Below the pieces are notes generated by a model. It had not been told where the DNA came from and did not search any database. It worked only from the letters and a program-made list of their open reading frames with translations. The position numbers and the translations under genes were made by a program. DNA of 64,000 nt from an uncultured Rivularia sp. (GTDB taxonomy: Bacteria; Cyanobacteriota; Cyanobacteriia; Cyanobacteriales; Nostocaceae), in assembly GCA_963665115.1 (NCBI GenBank), contig OY762007.1:7904001-7968000 (forward strand), read 5' to 3'. Position 1 is the stretch's first letter. Each line of letters begins with the position of its first letter. Shown one piece after another: positions 1 to 9,719 of this stretch.

Positions 1-440
1 GTCAGTTCGGCATCAGATGTATCAAGTAGATTAACTATTTCAAAGCCAGGAGATATAGAGTCATAAGCTTTACTCCCAGTTGCGATCGCAGTGTCTATTT
101 TGCGGGGAAACTGATTTTGTAGCATTGATTGACTCGGTTGCAAGAATAAGTTGCCTGTCATCGTAATTGGGTTGGGTAAAGATGTAGTATGCATTTCTCC
201 GTAAGCTCCCGTGGTAGGATGCCAAGGGAATGTCATAATCGCGGTTTCGACCGTTGTTCCTTGAGCCTGTAAGCGTTTCAGGTTGGGCAAGTCAAGACGT
301 TCGATAGCATCGGGATGCAAGCCGTCGAAGTAGAAGAGGACGGCTCTCTCGGCTTGAGGTGATGTCACAGCCAGTTTCGCTTCAGTTGCAGATACAGGTG
401 ACACAGACGATAGATATGGTAGCGCTCCAGTAAGAGCCAA
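1..440 (-). CDS. Alkaline phosphatase/nucleotide pyrophosphatase-phosphodiesterase superfamily protein, 5' part (runs off window edge; true start uncertain)
   Basis: Manual translation of the minus strand gives ...ERAVLFYFDGLHPDAIERLDLPNLKRLQAQG..., the N-terminal DG/PNL motif of this family. Not in the ORF track. In-frame stops lie above ~475, so TTG at 440 is only a guessed start. Confidence 0.55.
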   Translation of the reverse strand, partial: MALTGALPYLSSVSPVSATEAKLAVTSPQAERAVLFYFDGLHPDAIERLDLPNLKRLQAQGTTVETAIMTFPWHPTTGAYGEMHTTSLPNPITMTGNLFLQPSQSMLQNQFPRKIDTAIATGSKAYDSISPGFEIVNLLDTSDAEL

Positions 441-554
441 CTCCAGAATTAGAAACGGCTGTTGCCTGGAATACTAATACTACTAATCCAGTTTTACCGT
501 CTTTCCTAAATGTAGTTAGAGAAATGACTTTTTAGACATTCTTCTACTATTTCC

Positions 555-863
555 AAATCGCGTTGCGCTCTTTGAATCGCCCCTTCTTTCAACTGTTCTT
601 TGAGATTAGTTAAGGTTTTTGCTTGATGTAATAAGCTGATGTGCAGCTAAATTATATAATGTGTTAGCGCAGCGTGTCCGAAGGACATAAAAGTGAAAGT
701 ATTGTAGTGCGAGCATCTTGCACGAAGGGTATTATACAAATTAAGTACGTAACAGCTCATTACAAATATTCTTCAGCTAACTTTAAATCGCGTTGCGCTC
801 TTTGAATCGCTTTTTGTTTCAACTGTTCTTTGAGATTAGTTAAGGTTTTTTGCTTGATGTAAT
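555..863. repeat. ~79-bp imperfect direct repeat (555-633 and 785-863): duplicated 3' half of the RHH gene
   Basis: aaatcgcgttgcgctctttgaatcgc...caactgttctttgagattagttaaggtttttgcttgatgtaata is present twice, with a MITE between the copies. Confidence 0.9.
634..757. mobile_element. MITE copy 1 (124 bp), TA-flanked family
   Basis: Imperfect TIRs (TAAGCTGatgtGCAgcTAAaTTaTATAA vs ...ttatacaaattaagtacgtaacagct). Near-identical to 32325-32497 and shares its ends with 29678-29776. Right flank is CA instead of TA. Confidence 0.8.
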
Positions 864-993
864 ATTGCACGGCTTCATTTATAAAACCACTGCGATCGCG
901 ATGTGTCTATGCTGGAGATTCGTCATCTTGAATCACCATATCAATCATCCGAATCGTCTCTTCAGGCAAACTAATATTTAATTTACAATCCAT
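760..993 (-). pseudogene. CopG/ribbon-helix-helix antitoxin-like gene with internal TAG
   Basis: MDCKLNISLPEETIRMID...*THRDRSGFINEAVQYYI...LKEQLKQKAIQRAQRDL. RHH signature NISLPEE..DRSxFINEAV, with a stop at codon 29. Confidence 0.7.
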
Positions 994-1039
994 AATCGTT
1001 TACTTTGACTTTACTATTTAAGACAACCCCAACTCCTGG

Positions 1040-1065
1040 GAGACGTAGCAGTGCTACGTCTCTAC
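1040..1065. repeat. REP-like palindrome (GAGACGTAGCAGTGCTACGTCTC-TAC)
   Basis: Perfect hairpin. Family members at ~4197, 11904-11935, 15473-15500, 31513-31540 and 58489-58514. Confidence 0.8.
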
Positions 1066-1086
1066 ATTAATTATTCATCTATAACC

Positions 1087-1134
1087 AGCCCACGCAGGTG
1101 GGCTTTGTAATTGTAGCCCTACCCTTCGAGGGTG
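1087..1134. repeat. Double-hairpin dispersed repeat
   Basis: agcccac-gcag-gtgggct + ttgtaattgtagc + tacccttcgagggtg. Same architecture appears as an inverted doublet at 46533-46645. Confidence 0.7.
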
Positions 1135-1229
1135 AAGGCTACTCTTTCTGTGCGTCTCTGCGGTTAATAAATCTTAACTCTTAATTTTATAGCAGCAATT
1201 TGCACTAAATCCGCGCTATATTCAGAATA

Positions 1230-3056
1230 ATGAGAATTAGCAAAATACGTAACAACTTACGCCAATCTTTCGCTGTATTTCGCTACAGCGGACGAGCTGT
1301 AAATTTAGTTTGGACTACTAACCGCACTCTTACCATTATTCTGGCAATTTTAACTTTAGTTGCGGGGCTTTTACCGGCTGCTGTTGCCTATATTGGTAAG
1401 TTAATTGTCGATGCTGTTGTTGAAACGCGAAGTTTAACTTTACAAGATAATCTAAATACTTCTCTTCCTTTAATGTATGTGGGATTTGAAGCTGTTGCTG
1501 TGGCTTTACTTGCAGGTAGTCAACGCGGACTTAGTATTGCTCAGTCTCTGTTGCGAGTATTACTAGGACAAAGAGTAAATGTACTGATTATCGAAAAGGC
1601 GCTAACCTTAGAATTAAGTCAATTTGAGGATTCAGAATTCTACGACAAAATGACCAATGCGCGACGCGAAGCTTCTAGTCGTCCGCTTTCTTTAGTTAAT
1701 CGTACTTTTGGTTTGGTACAAAATGCTTTATCGCTGCTGACTTATGGTGCTTTGCTGATCAACTTTTCTTTGTGGGCTGTGGTGGTATTAATTGTAGCCG
1801 CCATACCTGCGTTTGTTGCGGAGACGCGCTTTGCCGGACAAGCTTTTCGTTTATTTCGCTGGCGAGCGCCGGAAACCCGTCAACAACGGTATTTAGAAAC
1901 GCTGGTTGCTAGGGAAGACTTTGCCAAGGAGGTTAAACTTTATCAACTTGGTGAAATGCTGTTAGGACGTTATCGCAATCTATTTCATCAACTTTACGGT
2001 GAAGATAGAGATTTAACAATCAAACGTGGTTTTTGGAGTTATTTATTAGGTTTGTTGAGTACTGCAACTTTCTACGTTGCCTATGCATGGATTGTAGTAG
2101 AAACAGTTGTGGGAAGAATTTCTCTGGGAGATATGACGATGTATCTTACTGTATTTCGTCAGGGACAAACTACTTTTTCGAGTGCGTTAACTTCCATCGG
2201 TGGAATGTATGAGGATAACCTCTATCTTTCCAATCTTTACGAATTTTTAGAAGAAGAAGTTCCGACAAGATATGGTAGAGCTATTAAAGGTACAAATCCT
2301 CAAGATGGAATTCGTTTTGAAAACGTTTCTTTTACCTATCCCGGAAGTACAAAACCGGCTTTGAAAGATATTTCACTGCATTTGAAACCGGGTGAAAAAC
2401 TGGCAATTGTTGGTGAAAATGGTTCGGGGAAAACAACTTTAATTAAATTGCTTACCCGACTTTATACGCCAGAATCGGGAAGAATTTTATTAGATGGATT
2501 GAATTTGGAAGAATGGGATTTAGATGAATTGCGACGAAGAATTGGGGTAATTTTCCAAAATTTCGTTCGCTATCAATTTACCGTAGGTGAAAATATCGGC
2601 GTTGGTGACGTAGAAAAACTGGAAGATGAAACAGCATGGGAAGTCGCCGCAGAGAAGGGAATGGCACAACCTTTCATCGAACGATTACCAGAAGGTTTTA
2701 CAACACAATTAGGACGCTGGTTTAAATCAGGACAAGAACTTTCCGGCGGACAATGGCAGAAAATCGCCCTTTCTCGGGCTTTTATGCGAAATAGCGCCGA
2801 TATACTAGTTTTAGATGAGCCTACGTCGGCAATAGATTCTCAAGCAGAATACGAAATTTTTGACCGTTTTCGTAACTTAACTAAAGATAAAATGGTGGTT
2901 TTGATATCTCACCGTTTTTCAACAGTGCGGATGGCTGACAAAATTGTAGTTATAGAGCAGGGTGAAGTTTTGGAGACGGGAACTCACGAAGAATTATTGC
3001 AAGCGAATGGGAGATATGCGACGCTGTTTTCATTGCAAGCGCAGGGGTATCGTTGA
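1230..3056 (+). CDS. ABC exporter, fused permease/ATP-binding protein
   Basis: N-terminal TM helices, Walker A GENGSGKT, signature LSGGQ, Walker B LVLDEPT, H-loop SHR. Confidence 0.93.
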   Translation: MRISKIRNNLRQSFAVFRYSGRAVNLVWTTNRTLTIILAILTLVAGLLPAAVAYIGKLIVDAVVETRSLTLQDNLNTSLPLMYVGFEAVAVALLAGSQRGLSIAQSLLRVLLGQRVNVLIIEKALTLELSQFEDSEFYDKMTNARREASSRPLSLVNRTFGLVQNALSLLTYGALLINFSLWAVVVLIVAAIPAFVAETRFAGQAFRLFRWRAPETRQQRYLETLVAREDFAKEVKLYQLGEMLLGRYRNLFHQLYGEDRDLTIKRGFWSYLLGLLSTATFYVAYAWIVVETVVGRISLGDMTMYLTVFRQGQTTFSSALTSIGGMYEDNLYLSNLYEFLEEEVPTRYGRAIKGTNPQDGIRFENVSFTYPGSTKPALKDISLHLKPGEKLAIVGENGSGKTTLIKLLTRLYTPESGRILLDGLNLEEWDLDELRRRIGVIFQNFVRYQFTVGENIGVGDVEKLEDETAWEVAAEKGMAQPFIERLPEGFTTQLGRWFKSGQELSGGQWQKIALSRAFMRNSADILVLDEPTSAIDSQAEYEIFDRFRNLTKDKMVVLISHRFSTVRMADKIVVIEQGEVLETGTHEELLQANGRYATLFSLQAQGYR

Positions 3057-3182
3057 TGGGTAATTGGTAATAGGTAATAGGTAATTGGGGAGATTGGGGG
3101 ATAGGGAGTGATGGTGATTTAAATTCCCTCGATGTCTAATGTAATATCTGTACATTATTAATTTTTGATTGAGGATTTAACT

Positions 3183-4179
3183 ATGAAACTCACAAAACAA
3201 AATTTGACAGAAAAAACCCAACAAGTTTACGATGCAATCGTTATTGGTGGGGGTGTCGGAGGTTTATCTGCTGGAATTTATCTACAACGTTATTTACTTT
3301 CGAGTTTAATTATAGATAAAGGTAAAGCTCGTTCTTTGTGGATGCAAGAATTGCACAATTACGTCGGCTTACCGTCAGATACACCAGGAAGGAATGTACT
3401 CAGACAAGGTAAAGACGAATACTTATCTCTAAATGGTGATTTTCTTGATGGTTACGTAGAAGAGGTTTTAGATGAAGGAGATACTTTTACGATAAAGGTT
3501 AAAGTTGGTAGGCAAAACAGCGTTTACGAAACTTTCCGTTCTAAATATATAATCGCGGCAAGTGGTATTATCGACTATTTACCAAATTTAGAAAATATGC
3601 GTAATGTCTTTGATTACGCGGGTTATAATTTGCACGTTTGCTTGATTTGCGATGGCTATGAAATGGCAGATCAAAGAATTGGCGTGTTTGCGAATAGTAA
3701 CAGTAACGCTCAAGTTGTATTTCCCCTCGGTTGGTTTACGCCGTATATTACTTTATTTACCCAAGGTTTCATTTGAAATAGAAGACGAGTTGCGTCAGAA
3801 ACTGAACGAACATGGATATCAGATAGTAGAAACACCCGTTGCCGAATTTTTGGGTGAAAACCATATCATGAATGGTGTAAAACTTGAAGATGATGCTGTA
3901 GTGGAGTTAGACGCGGGATTAATCTCGATGGGTTCAAAATATCACGCTACTTATTTAGATGGAATTGAATTAGAAAAGCAGAGTGAGAATTTAGTCACAG
4001 ATAAGATGGCGCGTACTTCCCATCCCCGAATTTTTGCTATAGGTGACTTGAAAGTTGGATTGAATCAAGTGGTAGTTGCAGCATCCGATGGTGCTATGGC
4101 TGCAACTCAAATTTGGCGTGATATTCGCCGCGAAAAAGGTGCCAAGCGTTGGGAAGAAAATGTTAAAGTCAGCGGATAA
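3183..4179 (+). CDS. Thioredoxin-reductase-like NAD(P)/FAD-dependent oxidoreductase; +1 frameshift near 3768 (probably sequencing error)
   Basis: GGGVGG FAD motif, CLIC redox motif, C-terminal FAIGD. The two ORFs join if one T is removed from ggtttca. Confidence 0.85.
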
Positions 4180-4353
4180 TCGTCATTCAATTCATGTAGA
4201 GACGGCGCGTACAATGCAACGTTTCACCAAGGTTTTAGCTATGTAACGAAAAAATTTGATTCAATACAGAAGTAGGTTTCGGTAACTCCAACTTCCCCAC
4301 AGCGTAACAATTAGTTACAATACTGATGCCTGCGTTACCCGGAGTAATAAGCG

Positions 4354-5922
4354 ATGGATTTGATCTTGGAACCAGCTATTCCTGTAAAAATCGAGAAAAT
4401 GAAGCAACGGGTACGATGGCAGCATCAAAGTATTGTGCAAAGGGGAATCGATCAAACTAGCATGGTTCTTGATGACGGTAAGGAGAATAGTGAAGAATTC
4501 TCTTTTATGGTTATCGGTGACACTGGTACAACTTGCCAATATGGATATCATCCCCAGCGAGAAGTTGCTAAATTGATGCTTAAACACCGGCCTGAATGCC
4601 GTTTTGTTTTGCACACTGGCGATGTAATTTATACTGTGGGTTCTCGCGAATATTACCCAACAAATTTTATCGAACCCTATCGCGAGTTTTTAAAAGGTGG
4701 TGAAAATCCCCAAAATATTGTTTATGACAATATGGTTTTTGATACTCCGATTCTGACAACTTTGGGGAATCACGATTATTACGATGTACCTTTACGATAT
4801 CGTGTTTTTACAGGTCCCACGCTCAAGCTACGTCGGATGTTTCGCTACAAAGATTTTGAAATTGGCTGGCATGGTTCCGAACAAGGCGATGCTTATGCAA
4901 AGGCATTTCTTGATTATTTAGCGGAGTTTAATCAAAAACAATTAGAGTCTCATTTAGACGAACATTACACCGCCAAAACCGACAACGGACGCTGTTTGCG
5001 TTACGAGCCGGGACATTTTACTCGTTTACCAAACCGTTATTATACGTTTCGTTACGGCGGTATTGACTTTTTTGCTCTTGATTCAAATACTATTAACGAC
5101 CCTTCACCGATACCGGCAACACCACAAGGAGATATTCGCAGAAAAGCTTTAACTCAGCGCCGCTCGGAGATAGATATTGAAGAACAGCAGATTTTAGAAG
5201 AATACAATAAACTCAATCTTGATAATCCTAAAGATGCCGAAAAAGGCGATACCCTCGAAGCAATATTAAGCCAAATTAACGAAATCAAAGTTGATATCGA
5301 AAAACAACTTGCATCCCATCATCCCAGCGTTGATTTTGAACAACTTGAATGGTTGAAACAAAGGCTGATTGAATCTTGGAATAATTCAGAAGTTCGCGCT
5401 CGCATCGTTTTTTTTCACCATCCACCCTACGTTACAGAGGCGAATAAGTGGAATCAAGCACAAACTTTAGCCGTGCGTCGTCGTTTGCGCGGGGTATTTG
5501 ATGAAGTTGCTCAAACTATTGGTAATTTAAAAGATAATCGCCCCATTGTAAACTTAATTTTAAACGGACACGCTCACTGTTTAGAACATCTTGTCACCAC
5601 CGACACCGGACACGCAGACTCACATATAAACTGCATCGTCAGCGGAGGAAGCGGTCATTATCCCCGTCGTCAGCGAGACATCGGGCCAGAATTAACGGAA
5701 ACTTTCGATTATCTTCCCGGTAGCCCTAACCGTAAAGTTGCGGATTCTTTACTGTTTGTCGGTCGCACAGGTTACGAATCATTGCAACGCTCTCCCTATT
5801 CCGGAATACGAATTGATGTCAAACCTGGATTACCTGTTAAGTTTGTTGTCAAACCATTTGTCGCCGAACGTTTTGGGCAACGATGGAATTATCCTGAGAT
5901 GGAACCGTTTGTAATAGGTTAG
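4354..5922 (+). CDS. Calcineurin-like metallophosphoesterase with internal helical/coiled-coil insert
   Basis: Motifs GDTG, HTGDVIY, LGNHDY, HHPPY, GHAH. Confidence 0.88.
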   Translation: MDLILEPAIPVKIEKMKQRVRWQHQSIVQRGIDQTSMVLDDGKENSEEFSFMVIGDTGTTCQYGYHPQREVAKLMLKHRPECRFVLHTGDVIYTVGSREYYPTNFIEPYREFLKGGENPQNIVYDNMVFDTPILTTLGNHDYYDVPLRYRVFTGPTLKLRRMFRYKDFEIGWHGSEQGDAYAKAFLDYLAEFNQKQLESHLDEHYTAKTDNGRCLRYEPGHFTRLPNRYYTFRYGGIDFFALDSNTINDPSPIPATPQGDIRRKALTQRRSEIDIEEQQILEEYNKLNLDNPKDAEKGDTLEAILSQINEIKVDIEKQLASHHPSVDFEQLEWLKQRLIESWNNSEVRARIVFFHHPPYVTEANKWNQAQTLAVRRRLRGVFDEVAQTIGNLKDNRPIVNLILNGHAHCLEHLVTTDTGHADSHINCIVSGGSGHYPRRQRDIGPELTETFDYLPGSPNRKVADSLLFVGRTGYESLQRSPYSGIRIDVKPGLPVKFVVKPFVAERFGQRWNYPEMEPFVIG

Positions 5923-6021
5923 AGGTTAAAGGTCAAAGGTTAAAGGTTATATTTTAGAAGTTAGGATTAATAATAATTTCCAATGCCCAATGCCCCATGC
6001 CCAATCCCCATTTTTAATAAC

Positions 6022-6777
6022 ATGAATCGCAATCATAAATTAGATTTTTTACGCTTTACATCCATTCTTTTTATAATGCTATTCGGATTGCTGTTTTATC
6101 CTTTGAATACAGCATTTGCAAATACATCTACTGATTACCAACAAAAATCCGCTGCTAGTTCGGATGGCATTGGTAAAGTTTACATGGGTAGAGAAATTTC
6201 CCAAGTAATGGGACATAAAGGTGCGATGTGGTTGGAAAGACCTACTCGTGAATCCCAAGAACAACCCAGTAAAATAATTGACGCTCTTGACTTAAAAGAT
6301 ACTGATGTGGTAGCCGATATCGGTGCTGGTACTGGCTACATGAGTTTTCGCGTCGCTCCCAAAGTATCAGATGGAAAGGTGTTTGCTGTAGATATTCAGC
6401 CGGAAATGTTGGATATTATTGATTTTTATAAAAAACGAACCAAAATTAATAACGTAGAACCCGTTTTAGCAACTGTTACAAATCCGAATTTACCACCCAA
6501 AAGCGTCGATTTTGCATTAATGGTAGATGCTTATCACGAATTTGAATATCCCAAAGAAGTTATGGAAGGGGTTGTTAAATCGCTCAAACCTGGTGGAAAA
6601 GCAGTGCTGGTTGAATATCGTGGTGAAAATCCTTTTATTGCCATCAAGCGCTTGCATAAAATGACTCAAAAGCAAGTAAAAAAAGAAATGAAAGCCGTAG
6701 GATTAACTTGGAAAGAAACCAAAGAATTGCTTCCCCAACAGCATTTGATGATATTTGAAAAAGGAGTTAGTGGTTAG
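6022..6777 (+). CDS. Class I SAM-dependent methyltransferase with N-terminal signal/TM segment
   Basis: VADIGAGTG motif I, AVDIQ, MVDAYHEF. The upstream ORF extension is STRR-derived. Confidence 0.88.
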   Translation: MNRNHKLDFLRFTSILFIMLFGLLFYPLNTAFANTSTDYQQKSAASSDGIGKVYMGREISQVMGHKGAMWLERPTRESQEQPSKIIDALDLKDTDVVADIGAGTGYMSFRVAPKVSDGKVFAVDIQPEMLDIIDFYKKRTKINNVEPVLATVTNPNLPPKSVDFALMVDAYHEFEYPKEVMEGVVKSLKPGGKAVLVEYRGENPFIAIKRLHKMTQKQVKKEMKAVGLTWKETKELLPQQHLMIFEKGVSG

Positions 6778-6781
6778 TTAT

Positions 6782-7053
6782 GGAATTGGTAATTGGTAAT
6801 TGGTAATTGGGCATGGCTCACGGAGTTAGGAGTAGGGAGTAGCAAGTAGAGAGTAGAGAGTAGAGAGTAGCAAGTAAATCACTTATTATTATTGTCATAA
6901 ATGTTGCTCATAGCTGCCCGTCTATTTTTACTCTTTTACTCGCTACTTATTACTTATTACTTATTACTCATTACTCACTACTTACTACTCACGACTTTAA
7001 TAATGTCTCCCCATCTCCCCCTCTTCCCCCTCTTCCCCCTCTACCCCCTCTAC
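6782..7053 (+). repeat. Composite repeat element copy A (60-bp core 6873-6932 in ordered STRR arms)
   Basis: Core is identical to the reverse complement of 18524-18583 and similar to 57323-57382. Confidence 0.85.
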
Positions 7054-7054
7054 C

Positions 7055-7330
7055 TCAATCAGCGGGAATAGCGATCGCAGTTTTCGCGTTACTATCCCAA
7101 ACAACCCAGTTGAATTCTTTGTCTAAATTTTCAGATGTCTCCGACACTTTGAAATAAAGTTTTTCGCCTTTTCTTTCAATGGCAAAGTCTGCATTTTGAG
7201 CATATACCACCTTAAAACCTTTATCTCGTAAACAAAACATTACCCAGGCTTTCAATGATTGTCTCGATGGATCGTAGGAAACCATCGGTCTTTTAAACGC
7301 TTGTTCTACAGTTTGATATATTTCGGACAT
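7055..7330 (-). CDS. Small hypothetical protein
   Basis: 91-aa ORF with ATG start and plausible globular composition. Confidence 0.7.
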   Translation of the reverse strand: MSEIYQTVEQAFKRPMVSYDPSRQSLKAWVMFCLRDKGFKVVYAQNADFAIERKGEKLYFKVSETSENLDKEFNWVVWDSNAKTAIAIPAD

Positions 7331-7515
7331 TCTTTTAATCAATTATCAATTATCAATTATCAATGGAGAATAGGTTAAAGGTTAAAGGTTAAAGGTCAAA
7401 GGTCAAAGGTCAAAGGTTAAAGGTTAAAATTACCCTTGTCTCCTTGTCCCCTTGTCCCCCCCTCTCCCCCTCTCCCCCTCTCCCCCCTCTACCCCCTCTC
7501 CTCATCTCCCCCTCA

Positions 7516-7977
7516 TCACTCCGGGTTGCAGCGAATTTCAACTATAAATCCATCTGGATCGTAGAAGTAAACTCCTCTTCCCGTTGGACGGGTGACGGGT
7601 TCTTGAGCTATTTTGATTTGATGGTGTCTGAGTACTTCGACTGCATTATCGAATAATTCGGGAGCTATATCAAATGCCAGATGATTGGCTCGTGTAAAAC
7701 CACGTTCGGGATTCGGATCTGGTGGTGATAATTCTGGCTCCCAAAATAAATCTAATATAGTATCGTCGGGAGTTCTAAAGTTCGCTACTTTTCCGGCTTT
7801 AACTAAGTCAATTAAAGTTTCTGGAACTTCATCACCTGTAAGTTGGTGCAAACCTAAGATGTTTCCATAAAAATGGCGAGATGCCTGCATATCTTGGACG
7901 TTAAGTGCAATGTGATGCACTCTACGCAGGCTTCCGGCGGATATAACGTGATTTAAAGGCTGAGTGTTAGATAGCAT
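7516..7977 (-). CDS. VOC/glyoxalase family protein
   Basis: VHHIALNV...FYGNILGL, NHLAF, YFYDPDGFIVE. Confidence 0.9.
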   Translation of the reverse strand: MLSNTQPLNHVISAGSLRRVHHIALNVQDMQASRHFYGNILGLHQLTGDEVPETLIDLVKAGKVANFRTPDDTILDLFWEPELSPPDPNPERGFTRANHLAFDIAPELFDNAVEVLRHHQIKIAQEPVTRPTGRGVYFYDPDGFIVEIRCNPE

Positions 7978-8235
7978 AATCAGTTATCAATTATCAATTA
8001 TCAATTATCAATTGCTCACCCGGAGTTGTGCATGGTTGCTCCCGGTGCGGGTATATAACAATTATCGGTTATTGAATTAATAATTGTTCATTGTTCATTT
8101 ACGAGTCACACCGTCTGGGCGATCGTTATTCGTTGAGAAGAGACTGATTGAGATGAAAATGTTACAACGGATGAGAATGTTATTTAATTAACATTACGGC
8201 CATTTAGTATCTGTATTTTAGGAATAAGGTTTGTA

Positions 8236-9597
8236 GTGCAACAGGAATTTAGTCAGCGAATTTCACCACCATTATTAATTGAGGGTAGCAATAGCGACCT
8301 CGGTTTGGAGTCGAAGCTTTTGGAGTTACCGCTCTACGAGTTTTCGATAGATATAAGCTTTACTGGTAAAGAAGTAGCTGAGATGTTTGAAAAATATCCG
8401 TTGTTACCGGGAGCAATTTTGGTGGACAAGGGTAGGTATGCTGGGATGCTTTCGAGAAGGCAATTATTGGAATTTTTAATTCGTCCTTTTGGACAAGATT
8501 TATTTTTCCATCAACCGCTGGATATATTGTATAGCTATAGTCGCACGCCTATTTTGGAATTGGCAGATACTACACCGATTTTGAACGCAATGCAATTTAC
8601 GTTAAGGCGATCGCCAGAATTTTTGTCGGAACCGATAGTGGTAAAAACTGCATCGAATGAGTACAGGTTGTTGGATATGCACGAATTAAATATTGCTTCT
8701 TGGCAAATTCGCGGAATTGAAACTCAGGTAAGGTACGAGCGCAGTCAAGCGCAAATTATTCAAAATGAGAAGATGGCTAGTTTGGGACGTTTAGTTGATG
8801 GTGTAGCCCACGAAATTTTAGATCCCGTAAACTTTATTTGGGGCAATGTAACTCACGTCTCTAATTACAGCAAAGACTTAATTAAGTTGATCGAAATTTA
8901 TGATAGTAATACATCAAAGATTCCAGATGATGTACTTTATTTAAAGCAAGATATTGAATTCGATTTTCTAGAAGCAGATTTATCACAAGCACTTGCAAGT
9001 ATTAGAACTGGTGCAGAGAGATTAAAAAAATTAGTTACTGGATTACAAAATTTCTGTCATATTGATGCAATTTATCCTAAACCTGTAGATTTACACGCTA
9101 ATTTAGATAGCACTATATTGTTAATTGGCAGCCGTTTGAAAGGTGAAATTAATATTGTCAAAAAATTCGGTCATCTGCCTCCTGTATATTGTTTCGTCGG
9201 ACAGTTAAACCAAGTATTTATGAATATATTAAGTAGAGCAGTCGATATTTTACTTGATGATGCAGTTCGACACCAATTTGAGATAGAAGCGAAAAACAAC
9301 TCTTCTAAAAAACCTACTATTGAAGTAGTTACAGAAGTTATTTCTCAAGAAGCAGATATACCGGGTGTACCTGATTCTCGCTGGGTATCAATTCGTATTT
9401 CTGATAATGGTTCGGCAATGTCTGAGGAATATCAACAGCAAATAAAAGATTCTTTTTCTATAGATAAAAGGGCTAATAAGGAAACAAGTCTAACTGTAAG
9501 TTATCGAATTATTACAGCAAGACATGGTGGTAAACTAAAATTTTCTTCTCAACCAAATAAAGGTACTGAATTTGAAATTCTTTTACCTTTGGTTTGA
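8236..9597 (+). CDS. Sensor histidine-kinase-like protein (CBS-like N-terminus; degenerate HATPase boxes)
   Basis: EKMASLGRLVDGVAHEILDPVNF H-box, QLNQVFMN, ISDNG, HGGKL...GTEFEILLP. Confidence 0.85.
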   Translation: MQQEFSQRISPPLLIEGSNSDLGLESKLLELPLYEFSIDISFTGKEVAEMFEKYPLLPGAILVDKGRYAGMLSRRQLLEFLIRPFGQDLFFHQPLDILYSYSRTPILELADTTPILNAMQFTLRRSPEFLSEPIVVKTASNEYRLLDMHELNIASWQIRGIETQVRYERSQAQIIQNEKMASLGRLVDGVAHEILDPVNFIWGNVTHVSNYSKDLIKLIEIYDSNTSKIPDDVLYLKQDIEFDFLEADLSQALASIRTGAERLKKLVTGLQNFCHIDAIYPKPVDLHANLDSTILLIGSRLKGEINIVKKFGHLPPVYCFVGQLNQVFMNILSRAVDILLDDAVRHQFEIEAKNNSSKKPTIEVVTEVISQEADIPGVPDSRWVSIRISDNGSAMSEEYQQQIKDSFSIDKRANKETSLTVSYRIITARHGGKLKFSSQPNKGTEFEILLPLV

Positions 9598-9719
9598 TAA
9601 TTGGGGATTGGGCATTGGGGATTGGGCATTGGGCATTGGGAATTTATTAATTATTAATTCCTAATTCTCTCAATCCAAAATCCAAAATATGATAACTCCT
9701 AACTCCTAACTCCTAAGTC

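Noticed and set aside
4303..4317. GTAAC-AATTA-GTTAC palindrome as an NtcA site
   Set aside because: Spacing is GTA-N9-TAC, not N8.
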